The position numbers were made by a program, and so were the translations under genes. Under the pieces are notes generated by a model. That model had not been told where the DNA came from. It saw only the letters and a program-made list of their open reading frames with translations, and did no database searches. Below are positions 62,671 through 64,000 of a stretch of DNA of 64,000 bases, piece by piece. Positions within the stretch are counted from its first letter, which is position 1, and every line of letters begins with the position of its first letter. Source of the stretch: Ptychomitrium polyphyllum (Eukaryota); NCBI GenBank assembly GCA_973851085.1, contig OZ316776.1, forward strand, positions 7,564,001-7,628,000, in the 5' to 3' direction.

Positions 62671-64000
62671 TCTGAGTACATCTCTCAAGTGAATCATTAT
62701 ATCATTGCTTGTGTGTTAATGATTACATCTCACAATAACATGTATTTTGCTTCACTTGTTATTTTCAGGGACGGTCGGGTAAAAAATATGTAAACGTGAT
62801 CGAAAAGTGCCTGCTCACGATTTCTGAAATGACAAATATCTAAACGACATATGAACGTGGCTAACAATCCAGAGATCTTAGCTACTATTTCACTAGAGTT
62901 TGGTTTGTTTCCAAGTTTAAGGAACTCGTCACACCATGGGGTGCGTGCTGATTACCGGTACATAGCCATTCTAGCAGTGTGGAGATAGCAAAACACATTG
63001 CAAGCTTGGGCAGATCATTTCCCCTCATTCTGATAACAGAGTTGGAGGCTGGGGTAGGATATATTCACTGGTAATGAGGGGATGATCACACAAGCAATTG
63101 TGGCTCTGAATACAACAATACGGTTGAGGTTGGATATGCAATTAGCCTCAAAATACACCTACATGACAAACGAATCTAATACTAGTTGGTGAAGGTGAGA
63201 AGACGTACATTACAGCTGCAACTGCGTGTCCGTAGAGTGCTACAGTTGTCACGGAGCATAATTTTGAGACAAAGGGGTCAATGATCTCACAATCTGGCAT
63301 TGCACAGTGAACATTCTAACCCCTAAAGGCCTGGCCCTATGGCCGTGGAGTCAAACTACAATTTTGTATTCATCTAAATGGTTCATATTGTCACCATAAA
63401 TTGGTGACATTGTTAATCTTTTATTTTTCCAAGATGAATGAACATGTTAAGGACAAGTCATATATGGAGAATATTGTGGTAAATGAAAGAAATTTGTTTT
63501 TGCAATATTAAAAATTAGTTAAACCATAGTAATAGGTGTTGGATTTGTAATTGCGTCAAAACACTCAATTTTGGGAATTTTTAAAAGAATATAAAAAGAA
63601 ATGGAGATTAATGTTTGTAAATTTTATCTTGTTAGGTAGGTTTAGATGAATTTTTAAAAATATAGATGGCTAAACTTGAAATTTCAATAAGAAAGAGATT
63701 TAATAAGATTGAGCAAAAAATATACATAGTTTTATAACCTATCATGTTTTTTGAACATAATTTATAATCTATTACTATGTACCAATTATTGATTTCATTG
63801 ATATTACAATAATTTTGAACAAGCATGTCATAAATGCAATAATTTTCTTCAAGCGTTAAATATCATATTTATGACATACTTGTCCAAATATTAAATTATA
63901 GCAATGATTCAATATTTGCATAAAGTATCCTTCAATATGCAATAAGTACTTCTTAATCAAGGTTTGTTTAGTTTTCAAATCTATGTTACATACCAATTAG

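Overview
Eukaryotic nuclear DNA from a land plant, probably a non-seed plant such as a bryophyte or lycophyte (inferred from protein style and compact introns; the species cannot be determined). I reconstructed these genes by hand from splice sites and reading frames: a strictosidine synthase-like gene (-, with a GC-AG first intron), a 13-exon uncharacterised coiled-coil/Q-rich protein (-), a small secreted SPH/S1-like protein (+), a PPR-SMR gene of GUN1/pTAC2 type (-), a PSS1/kinesin-1 gene (+, with a U12-type intron), a DUF2828 vWA protein with an intronless CDS (-), a divergent centrin (-), a pectate lyase (+) and a decayed SINA-RING fragment. The AT-rich, CpG-poor intergenic tracts hold a solo LTR with a palindromic tandem array, a LINE relic and small tandem repeats. 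The most interesting candidate is a long, strand-specific stem-loop with a competing alternative fold, plus a uORF, in the leader of the DUF2828 gene, whose product may be Ro60/TROVE-like. There is also an unannotated spliced transcript that may encode a 70-aa microprotein. I saw no rRNA, tRNA or CRISPR array.
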